A DNA stretch of 37,104 bases from a virus, in the IMG/VR virus record IMGVR_UViG_3300045988_090832, positions 1 to 37,104 of that record, one strand, 5' to 3'. Every line of letters starts with the position of its first letter. Positions within the stretch are counted from its first letter, which is position 1. The position numbers and the translations under genes are program-made. The notes beneath the pieces are model-generated. The model did no database searches. It saw only the letters and a program-made list of their open reading frames with translations, and was not told where the DNA came from. This document shows positions 30,436 to 37,104 of this stretch, one piece after another.

Positions 30436-32355
30436 ATGCCGCGTAAGGTTACGGTGCCGGATTTCACGGAATCCGAGGAAGGCACCAAGCATTATAAGCG
30501 CTTCAAGGGTTTGGATTACTCAACCGACGAGACCCAGATCGATGACTCACGCTCGCCGCGTGCGGTAAACGTTATCGCAGACGAGGGCGGCTTTCCCGAG
30601 CGGCGCTATGGATGGCGCACGCTGCTGCGGTTTACAGATGCGGACGGCAAGCCTGTTCCTGTCGCCGGTATTTTTCCCTATGAGAACGACAATGACGAGG
30701 AAAACCTGACGCTCATCGTCCATGCGGGCAGCAAGCTGTATGCTGTAAAGCTCGATGCAGACTACAAGGAAGTAAAGGACAGCCGCAAGGAGCTGCTGGA
30801 CAAGCTGAACAGCGGCGGCCGCAGCCAGGGCTTTTACATGCACGGCAAGCTGTTCATCCTGACCGGCGAGCACTACGTTGTTTATGACGGCAAAACCGCC
30901 GTACACGCGACAGACGATAACGCCTACTGTCCGCTGACCAGCTATCAGCGCAAGGCGACAGGCGGCGGCGAGACCTACGAAAACGTTAATATGCTGTGCA
31001 AGTGGCGCAAGAACCGCTTTATCGGAGACGGCACAAGCACGACCTATCAGCTGGACGTGACCGGCATTGACAAGGACTGCATGCCGACGGCGGCCTATCT
31101 AAACGGCAGTGCAATTACTGTGAAAAGCTACGATGCGGAGAAGGGCACGGTGACGTTTGAGACAGCTCCGAGCGCGCCGGAGAACGCCGGTATCTCCAAT
31201 TTTGAAGTGAAGTTTGCCAAGACCACCGAGGACCGGAAGAAGGTGCTCGGCTGCACCATCTTTGCGATTTACGGCATGGACGGCAGCAGCAACCGTGTTT
31301 TTGTTTCCGGTAACAAGGAGCACGCGGCTATGGAATGGTTTTCCGGCCTGTCTGACCCGACCTATTTCCCCGACATTAACTATTCTGTCGTGGGTTCGAG
31401 TGATTTTCCGATCATGTGCTATCTGAAAGCACAAGGTGAATTACTGCTCATCAAGAAGGACAACCGGCAGGAGGGCACGATCTGGCACCACTCGGGTGCA
31501 ATGCTGAACGATGTGGCAACCTTTCCGCTGAAAGAGGGCGTGCCGGGTTACGGCGCGATTGCCAAGTATTCCTCGGCAAACCTCAATGACGATCCGCTGT
31601 ATCTTTCGCCGCGCGGTGTATATGCGCCGACTACGACGTATTACAACAACATGCAGGTGCGGCAGTTATTCTGCCGGTCGAGGCGTGTCAACCCCAAGCT
31701 GTGCAAGGAGCGCAGACTCGCGGACGCTGTAGCCGCCTGCTGGCGCGGCTGGTATGTGCTTGTGATAGACGGCTGCGCGTATGTGGCAGACGGCAATCAG
31801 GACAAGGCAGACAACGGGTATGAATGGTACTACTGGACGAACGTGCCCGCAAAGGTGCTCTGTTCACACGAACAGGCGCTGTATTTCGGCACTGAGGACG
31901 GCAGAGTTTGCCGGTTTAATGACGATCTTGTAGACGAGAACAATGATATTATGATGAACGCGTTCTCGGACGACGGCGCGGCCATTCACACCGAGTGGGC
32001 TACCAAGCTCGACACGATGAACACGCCGATGATACTGAAAACTATGCCCAAGCGCGGCAGCGGCGTACACCTCAAGGCGTACACGCGCAGTGCGGTTGAG
32101 ATTTGGGTGCGGCTTGAGACTGACCACGGCACGCTGATGAAGCGCGTGACGGCAGACCGGCTGAATTTTCACTACATCGGATTTGAACGCTTTCCGTTCG
32201 GAACGGTAGTAAACTCCATTATTCCGTTCCTGTTCAAGCGCAAGGGCTGGAAGGCGATTCAGGTCATTCTGCAGTCCGACACGGTGGACGAGGGCTTCGG
32301 CGTGCACGAGGTTGTCATTCGGTACTTTATCGCAAAGTACGCAAAGAGACAGTGA
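30436..32355 (+). CDS. Large tail structural protein (639 aa; beta-rich, nozzle/tail-knob candidate)
   Basis: Long ORF in the tail block. Has repeated beta-strand-like motifs (KLYAVKLD, GKLFILTGEHYVVYDG, WYVLVIDGCAYVADG, ALYFGTEDGRVCRFND). No named family recognised. Confidence 0.55.
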   Translation: MPRKVTVPDFTESEEGTKHYKRFKGLDYSTDETQIDDSRSPRAVNVIADEGGFPERRYGWRTLLRFTDADGKPVPVAGIFPYENDNDEENLTLIVHAGSKLYAVKLDADYKEVKDSRKELLDKLNSGGRSQGFYMHGKLFILTGEHYVVYDGKTAVHATDDNAYCPLTSYQRKATGGGETYENVNMLCKWRKNRFIGDGTSTTYQLDVTGIDKDCMPTAAYLNGSAITVKSYDAEKGTVTFETAPSAPENAGISNFEVKFAKTTEDRKKVLGCTIFAIYGMDGSSNRVFVSGNKEHAAMEWFSGLSDPTYFPDINYSVVGSSDFPIMCYLKAQGELLLIKKDNRQEGTIWHHSGAMLNDVATFPLKEGVPGYGAIAKYSSANLNDDPLYLSPRGVYAPTTTYYNNMQVRQLFCRSRRVNPKLCKERRLADAVAACWRGWYVLVIDGCAYVADGNQDKADNGYEWYYWTNVPAKVLCSHEQALYFGTEDGRVCRFNDDLVDENNDIMMNAFSDDGAAIHTEWATKLDTMNTPMILKTMPKRGSGVHLKAYTRSAVEIWVRLETDHGTLMKRVTADRLNFHYIGFERFPFGTVVNSIIPFLFKRKGWKAIQVILQSDTVDEGFGVHEVVIRYFIAKYAKRQ

Positions 32356-32364
32356 GGTGAGGAC

Positions 32365-33399
32365 ATGACGTTTGATGAAAGCAAAATTTCAGCCGAAAAG
32401 GCGGCAGAGACCGGCGTGCAGAGCCAGCCGGACGCGCTGACCGGCTCGGCCGAGGAAAACAAGAAGGTTTTTGATCTGCTGCCGCTGCTTATTATCGAGA
32501 GGCTTAACAAGCTGATCGAGGCATTGCAGGCCGCAAACAGCGCCGGACAGATCGGCGCCGCGGCGTTCCCCAACGTGGCCGGCTGCTCGGTTCAGGAGCA
32601 GCTGCAGATCATTCAGAAGAACCTCGAGGACTACCGGGACGCGGTAAAGGTGAACGGCGCGGAAAACGTCGGCATGACACCGTTTGACGGCGTGAACGCA
32701 AACACCGTGCAGGCGGCGCTCGAGCAGCTGCAGGCAAACCTTGTGCAGTATATCAATACTGTTAAATCCGCAGAGGGCGCGGGCAGGGTCGGCATTACGC
32801 CGTTCAAGGGCGTGACGAGCGGGACCGTGCAGGCTGCACTTGAGGAAATCCGCAGACAGATCGACGATGTAACGGCGGGCGTTATCCCGGACTACGGCGT
32901 CACCACTATCAAGCTGGCGCTGCAGGCCGTGACGGCGGACAGGCTGGCGCAGGATGTGCTTGATATGATCGAGGCCGCAGAGCCGGCACGCAGCACCAAC
33001 GAGCTGGACGATTACACAATGGAGACCGGCCGCTTTGTCAACGCCGGTGCGGGATGGAACACCTTCCGGTTCCGGCATGCGTTTGAGGGCGTGCCGGTCC
33101 TGACGGTGACGCCGAAGGAATTCAGCGGTTTTTGCGAGATTAAGAACGTGACTGCGGAAGGATTCCTCTATTGCCTGCGTCAGCCGAGTTTGCAGGGCGG
33201 CAGTGCGACGAAGGGCACGGTGACAACGGCTACCGGCTATATCGGCTCGGACACCGGCTCGTCACCCAGTCACAGTCAGATCACCTATGTTTCCGGTGTG
33301 ACGCTGCCGCAGGTCGTTCTGCCGACGCTCGGCACGATTACAACGGCAGAGAAGATCGAAATGGATTATATCGCTATTGAGTTTGGAGGTGACGAGTAA
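32365..33399 (+). CDS. Tail fibre/receptor-binding protein with three internal repeats and a possible H-type-lectin-like C-terminal domain
   Basis: A threefold motif appears: IGAAAFPNVAGCSVQEQLQIIQKNL, VGMTPFDGVNANTVQAALEQLQANL and VGITPFKGVTSGTVQAALEEIRRQI. The C-terminal GWNTFRFRHAFEGVPVLTVTPKEFSGFCEIKNVTAEGF resembles H-lectin-type domains. Confidence 0.6.
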   Translation: MTFDESKISAEKAAETGVQSQPDALTGSAEENKKVFDLLPLLIIERLNKLIEALQAANSAGQIGAAAFPNVAGCSVQEQLQIIQKNLEDYRDAVKVNGAENVGMTPFDGVNANTVQAALEQLQANLVQYINTVKSAEGAGRVGITPFKGVTSGTVQAALEEIRRQIDDVTAGVIPDYGVTTIKLALQAVTADRLAQDVLDMIEAAEPARSTNELDDYTMETGRFVNAGAGWNTFRFRHAFEGVPVLTVTPKEFSGFCEIKNVTAEGFLYCLRQPSLQGGSATKGTVTTATGYIGSDTGSSPSHSQITYVSGVTLPQVVLPTLGTITTAEKIEMDYIAIEFGGDE

Positions 33400-35096
33400 T
33401 GCTCAAGAAGATTCAGCAGGATTTCAGCTATTACTCGCATGAGTTTAAGGATAACTACCGAAAAGGCGTACACCGTCTGCGCACCATCCTTGCCAGCAGG
33501 GCACAGGCACAGGCGTTTGTAAGCAATGCGGGCGGCACTGCGGTGGTGCTCGGCTATGAGCCGAGCGCGCCGGATAAAAACGCACAGGAACTGTATGCGC
33601 TGCTTGCGGCTTCGCCGTATATCGACGATGCGGTGCAGACGTTTTTGGGGAGCATTTACGAGGCGGGCGCGGAAAGCCAGGATGCGATGTATTCGGATAG
33701 TGCCCGCTGTCTGGAAATCCTGCACGATCCAGTAATGGCCCGTGCCGCAGGCGCAGGCGCGGTAAGCGCCGGAAAATGGATCGCAACTCTGGCGGGACAG
33801 AGTTGCAATTTGTACAGGGATATGAACGCGGTTGCCGCCAGCGATATCGCTATGACGGCAGTGGCTGCAAGTGAGACTGCAATGGCGGCTGTCGTCAGCA
33901 ACGCGACGGCGCTTAACGCTGTTGTAACTTCTCATGTTGCACTCAATGCTGTTGCCGCAAGCGAGACTGCGATGGCGGCTGTCATCGGCAACGCAACGGC
34001 GCTCAATGTTGTTGCAACCTCTCAGGCTGCGATGAACGCGGTAGCTGCAAGCGAAACTGCTATGACGGCGCTCATTGCAAACACCGCAGCGTTCAATACG
34101 GTGGTGACTTCTCATGTAGCGATGAACGCGGTAGCTTCGTCCTATGTGGCTGTGGCCGCAGTCTACGAGAGCGCGGTTGCGGTTGAAGCTGTCAAGGCAA
34201 ATGAAACAGCCTGGGCTACCCTTACGGGAGCGTCCAGCGCAGTTATGGGCAAGGCCGCGGCGAAGCTGGCCGGTTTGAATCCGGCGGACTATGCCGACAT
34301 GACGGCGATTGCGTCGTCCTCGACCGCTATGGCGGCGATTGCAGCGTCCCAGACCGCTATGGCGGCGATTGCAGCGTCCCAGACCGCTATGGCGGCGATT
34401 GCATCGTCTTCGACCGCTATGGCGGCTGTGGCTGCGTCCTATGTTGCCGTGGCTGCTGTCTACGGGAGCGCGGTTGCAGTTGATGCCGTCAAGGCCAATG
34501 AAACAGCCTGGGCGACCCTCGCGGGAGCGACCAGCGCAGTCATGGGCAAGGCCGTGGCAGTCCTTTCTGGCCTCAACCCGGACAGCTATGCCGACATGAC
34601 GGCCGTAGCGTCGTCCTCGACCGCTATGGCGGCTATTGCATCGTCCCAGACCGCTATGGCGGCGGTGGCAGCGTCCCAGACCGCTATGGCGGCGATCATC
34701 GCAAACAGTACAGCGCTCAATGCTGTGGTATCGTCGTCGGCTGCCATGTCCGCAGTAGCGGCATCTCAGACCGCTATGGCGGCTATTGCAGCGTCGAGTA
34801 CAGCTTTGAGTGCTATTGCTGCCAGCACAACGGCTTTAGATGCACTTTATGCGAAGAAAAAACGCATGAGTGGTGCCAGCGCAAGCCTGTCCGGCAAGTT
34901 TATTATTCTTCAGATTAGCAACGATAACGCTTTCGATACGTCTCAGTACGGATATGCCACCCTGTCCGATGGCAGCAAGCCGAATTGGGGTAGCTATAAG
35001 GATAAATATGCTTACTTTAAGCAGTACAAAAAGATTGCTACCTACATGAAGAATGATACTGATAGCAATGATTGGATCGACTATTTTCAGTGCTGA
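33399..35096 (+). CDS. Tail fibre with decapeptide-repeat shaft and the currently expressed C-terminal tip
   Basis: TAATG overlap with the upstream fibre gene. About 330 aa of 10-residue repeats (V-A-A-S-x-T-A-M-x-A type). The AT-richer C-terminal globular part is ...GKFIILQISNDNAFDTSQYGYATLSDGSKPNWGSYKDKYAYFKQYKKIATYMKNDTDSNDWIDYFQC. Confidence 0.75.
   Translation: MLKKIQQDFSYYSHEFKDNYRKGVHRLRTILASRAQAQAFVSNAGGTAVVLGYEPSAPDKNAQELYALLAASPYIDDAVQTFLGSIYEAGAESQDAMYSDSARCLEILHDPVMARAAGAGAVSAGKWIATLAGQSCNLYRDMNAVAASDIAMTAVAASETAMAAVVSNATALNAVVTSHVALNAVAASETAMAAVIGNATALNVVATSQAAMNAVAASETAMTALIANTAAFNTVVTSHVAMNAVASSYVAVAAVYESAVAVEAVKANETAWATLTGASSAVMGKAAAKLAGLNPADYADMTAIASSSTAMAAIAASQTAMAAIAASQTAMAAIASSSTAMAAVAASYVAVAAVYGSAVAVDAVKANETAWATLAGATSAVMGKAVAVLSGLNPDSYADMTAVASSSTAMAAIASSQTAMAAVAASQTAMAAIIANSTALNAVVSSSAAMSAVAASQTAMAAIAASSTALSAIAASTTALDALYAKKKRMSGASASLSGKFIILQISNDNAFDTSQYGYATLSDGSKPNWGSYKDKYAYFKQYKKIATYMKNDTDSNDWIDYFQC
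33831..34830 (+). repeat. In-frame 30-nt periodic repeat array, including a 297-nt tandem duplication (34134..34430 vs 34431..about 34667)
   Basis: Successive 30-nt units begin GTTGCC/GTGGCT/GTCGTC... and each encodes one decapeptide. The two long units encode VASSYVAVAAVYESAVAVEAVKANETAWATL... and VAASYVAVAAVYGSAVAVDAVKANETAWATL... Confidence 0.85.
34619..34663. repeat. IR-L: left 45-bp inverted repeat inside the tail-fibre gene
   Basis: GACCGCTATGGCGGCTATTGCATCGTCCCAGACCGCTATGGCGGC. Its reverse complement occurs at 35777..35821 with a single mismatch (G34629 vs A). Confidence 0.9.
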
Positions 35097-35103
35097 GCAA
35101 GGA

Positions 35104-35259
35104 CGTATTAACATTCTAAGGCGTACCACTTGACCGTTTGCAGGTGTTTTTACCCACTGTTTTCGGCAAGCGGTACGACTGAATGCTTAAAATGTGCATA
35201 AAATACCGGTTCAAACTGAGCTGTAGCGGCTTGTTCGTGCGCATTAGAATGTTAATGCG
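35104..35259. repeat. 20-bp inverted repeat pair (35104..35123 / 35240..35259) downstream of both convergent fibre C-termini
   Basis: CGTATTAACATTCTAAGGCG versus the reverse complement of CGCATTAGAATGTTAATGCG matches at 18 of 20 positions. Each copy lies 8-20 nt after the stop of one C-terminal cassette. Confidence 0.7.
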
Positions 35260-35277
35260 TAGCTGAGAGCTGCTATT

Positions 35278-35814
35278 TTAACAGGGGATATAGGTCACGC
35301 TGGAGGTAGAAGACCACCAGTAAATTGCCAAGGAAGATGTGAAAAATTTCCCCACATTTGTAGTGCCTGCGGGCTGGCTGGTTTGCGCCCCATCCAACTT
35401 GTACCAAGTAGATCCAGCCTCTCCACCGCTGTTTGCGTTGTAGCAACTGATTAGATATCCCATGCCATTGCGGATGGTACGGTTCTCCCAACCGTTTCCG
35501 TTGCCCTTTGTCACGGTTTTTTTCAAAGGGCTGGAGGCAAGGGCGTTCTTTGCTGTTGCAGAGTTCGTGATAGCTGTGCGGGCCGTGTTAGACGAAGCCA
35601 CGGCCGTCATAGCGGTCTGGGATGCAGCTACCGCTGCCATGTTGGCATAGTCTGCCGGCTTCAGACCGGCAGTGCCGACAGCATACTTTGCAGTTGCCAT
35701 GTCGGATGCTGCGATTGCGTCCTTCGCTACCTGCGACTTCTCGATAGCCGCCCTAGCGGTCTGGGACGATGCAACGGCCGCCATAGCGGTCTGGGACGAT
35801 GCAATAGCCGTCAT
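35278..35814 (-). CDS. Silent (promoterless, no RBS) alternative tail-fibre C-terminal cassette in inverted orientation
   Basis: Minus-strand ORF MTAIASSQTAMAAVASSQTARAAI...GLKPADYANMAAVAASQTAMTAV... shares the fibre decapeptide repeats. It then diverges into a different tip (...GNGNGWENRTIRNGMGYLISCYNANSGGEAGSTWYKLDG...IYWWSSTSSVTYIPC). Its ATG is simply the in-repeat Met codon. An in-frame TAG sits exactly at the outer IR boundary and no SD is present. Confidence 0.75.
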   Translation of the reverse strand: MTAIASSQTAMAAVASSQTARAAIEKSQVAKDAIAASDMATAKYAVGTAGLKPADYANMAAVAASQTAMTAVASSNTARTAITNSATAKNALASSPLKKTVTKGNGNGWENRTIRNGMGYLISCYNANSGGEAGSTWYKLDGAQTSQPAGTTNVGKFFTSSLAIYWWSSTSSVTYIPC

Positions 35815-35821
35815 AGCGGTC
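35777..35821. repeat. IR-R: right 45-bp inverted repeat (reverse complement of 34619..34663)
   Basis: The minus strand reads GACCGCTATGACGGCTATTGCATCGTCCCAGACCGCTATGGCGGC. Homology to the fibre gene ends abruptly at 35821/35822. Confidence 0.9.
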
Positions 35822-35900
35822 TAATGCGTCACAAAATGCCCAATTTTTGAGGCTTGGTGTATAATGACTATACATCAAAAATCGAAAGGGGCACGAGCCT

Positions 35901-36884
35901 TTGAACGCAAAAACAGAGCTTGCACAGCGGATTTGCGCAACATTTCCGGGCGATACTCCAATCACCGCCGAGGCGGTGACGGCAATCCTCAAGGACTACA
36001 TTATCATCAAAGACAGCGACGAGCAGCGCAGCGATTTGAACCGGAGAATCAAGTATTATCTCGGTGCAAAACGCATTGACGGGCTGTCGGAAAGGACCTT
36101 GAAGAACTACAAGTACAACCTCGAAATGTTTGCAGAGCGCATGAACAAGAGCGCGGCGAAGATCACCACGGACGATATTCGCGGTTATATCGGGTACCTT
36201 GCGGAGAACCGGCATCTTGCCGAAACCAGTCTGCAAACGCATATCAACACACTGCGGGCGTTTTTCGGGTGGCTGCATATCGAAGAGAAAATCAAGAAGA
36301 ATCCCATGTCAAAGATAAAGTCCTTAAAATTGGACAAGAAGGGTGCCCGCCAGGCGCTGACGGTGGAAGAACTGGAACGCCTGCGCGATGCCTGTCAGGG
36401 CTACCGCGAAAAGGCGCTGGTTGAATTTCTCGTGTCGAGTGGCTGCCGATTGAGTGAGGTCGCACAGCTTAACGTGTCCGATCTTGACCTCATCGGCCGC
36501 ACGGTGCGCGTCACCGGCAAGGGCGATAAGGACCGTGTGGTGTACTTCTCGGTTCGTGCGCGGCTGATGGTGCAGGAGTACATGGTCCAGCGCAAGGGCG
36601 GCGACGGCCTGTTTGTGTCCAGCAAATCGCCCTACGAGCCGCTCAAACCTCGGGCGATACAGCGTATTATCCGCGCGATCAGCGAGAGGGCAGGACTGGA
36701 AAAGCACGTTCACCCGCACCTGCTCCGCCATACCTTTGCGACGCACGCGCTCAACGGCGGCATGGACGTCACTGTTATTCAGAAATTGCTGGGGCATGAG
36801 GACGTATCGACGACGCAGATCTATGCGGAGATGTCGGACGAAACAATAAAGCATCAGTACAATAAATATGTCGCGGCGAACTAA
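35901..36884 (+). CDS. Xer-like tyrosine recombinase (candidate tail-fibre invertase)
   Basis: N-terminal SAM-like core-binding domain (LSERTLKNYKYNLEMFAERM...SLQTHINTLRAFFGWL). Catalytic residues appear in order: SGCRLSEV (R), GKGDKDRVV (K), HPHLLRHTFATH (HxxR), LLGHEDVSTTQIYAE (H, Y). TTG start follows GAAAGGGG. TATAAT lies at 35860..35865. Confidence 0.9.
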   Translation: MNAKTELAQRICATFPGDTPITAEAVTAILKDYIIIKDSDEQRSDLNRRIKYYLGAKRIDGLSERTLKNYKYNLEMFAERMNKSAAKITTDDIRGYIGYLAENRHLAETSLQTHINTLRAFFGWLHIEEKIKKNPMSKIKSLKLDKKGARQALTVEELERLRDACQGYREKALVEFLVSSGCRLSEVAQLNVSDLDLIGRTVRVTGKGDKDRVVYFSVRARLMVQEYMVQRKGGDGLFVSSKSPYEPLKPRAIQRIIRAISERAGLEKHVHPHLLRHTFATHALNGGMDVTVIQKLLGHEDVSTTQIYAEMSDETIKHQYNKYVAAN

Positions 36885-36903
36885 GCCGCGGAAAGGAGCA
36901 CAC

Positions 36904-37104
36904 ATGAAAATCAACGGAATCAAGGCACTGGACTACCAGTGCCAGGGCGACAGTCTGACGCTCGTGCTGTCCGAAACCGACTTTGAAACGGTGTCCGGTC
37001 TGAACACCGCGCTCATCGAGGTCCGCACGGATGACGGCGATTTGGTTGCGGCGCACGGCGGCTATGCGCTGCGTGCCATCACCTACGACAAGGACAAGCA
37101 GACC
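36904..37104 (+). CDS. N-terminal part of the XkdW-like protein (continues at nt 2 after the circular junction)
   Basis: ATG 36904 follows AAAGGAG. MKINGIKALDYQCQGDSLTLVLSETDFETVSGLNTALIEVRTDDGDLVAAHGGYALRAITYDKDKQT..., open to the contig end. Confidence 0.6.
   Translation, partial: MKINGIKALDYQCQGDSLTLVLSETDFETVSGLNTALIEVRTDDGDLVAAHGGYALRAITYDKDKQT
37050..37104. repeat. Second copy of the 55-nt terminal overlap
   Basis: Identical to 1..55. Confidence 0.95.

Noticed and set aside
34134-34667. A diversity-generating retroelement (template/variable repeat pair) in the fibre gene.
   Set aside because: No reverse transcriptase ORF exists anywhere in the genome. Mismatches between the two 297-nt copies are of mixed type (G/T, T/C, A/G and others), not adenine-specific.
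33831-34830. The regular 30-nt repeats could be mistaken for a CRISPR array.
   Set aside because: The units are contiguous with no spacers and in frame within a long ORF. They encode a decapeptide repeat, and no cas genes are present.

Overview
The window is a complete, circularly closed temperate dsDNA phage genome. The first 55 nt are identical to the last 55 nt, so the unique length is 37,049 bp. It is GC-rich with Firmicute-style AGGAGG ribosome-binding sites; a Clostridia/Oscillospiraceae-type host is only an inference. Reading + from nt 1: tail-fibre accessory genes (XkdW/XkdX-like); a lysis cassette (XhlA-like, phi-LC3-type holin, a DUF2829/Tad2-like gene, amidase endolysin); then a 450-aa Gly/Ser-rich protein and a 2336-aa giant protein ending in an M23 peptidase. 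The lysogeny module is on the minus strand: large serine integrase with a candidate attP, two small membrane proteins and an XRE repressor, facing a Cro-like gene across a promoter/operator region. An early operon follows with ICE-like genes (PcfK/AcrIIA9-like, PcfJ-like, DUF3102, MazG-like). After it come a counter-oriented two-gene cassette, an HUH rolling-circle Rep, a sigma-r4-like late regulator and a small serine resolvase/invertase. The morphogenesis block has TerS, TerL, portal, scaffold, major capsid protein and three tail/fibre proteins. I recognise no tail tube, sheath or tape-measure chaperone genes, so it looks podovirus-like. The strongest finding is an apparent invertible tail-fibre C-terminus. 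A promoterless, inverted alternative C-terminal cassette (35278..35814, minus) is bounded by a 45-bp inverted repeat (34619..34663 / 35777..35821). This repeat would fuse it in frame to the fibre shaft, and a Xer-like tyrosine recombinase gene lies immediately next to it. Second is a ~254-nt non-coding island (27607..27860) in the head module with seven helices whose wobble pairs only work on the + strand, suggesting an unassigned structured RNA. No rRNA, tRNA, CRISPR array or reverse transcriptase was seen. All homology calls come from reading the translations, with no database search.
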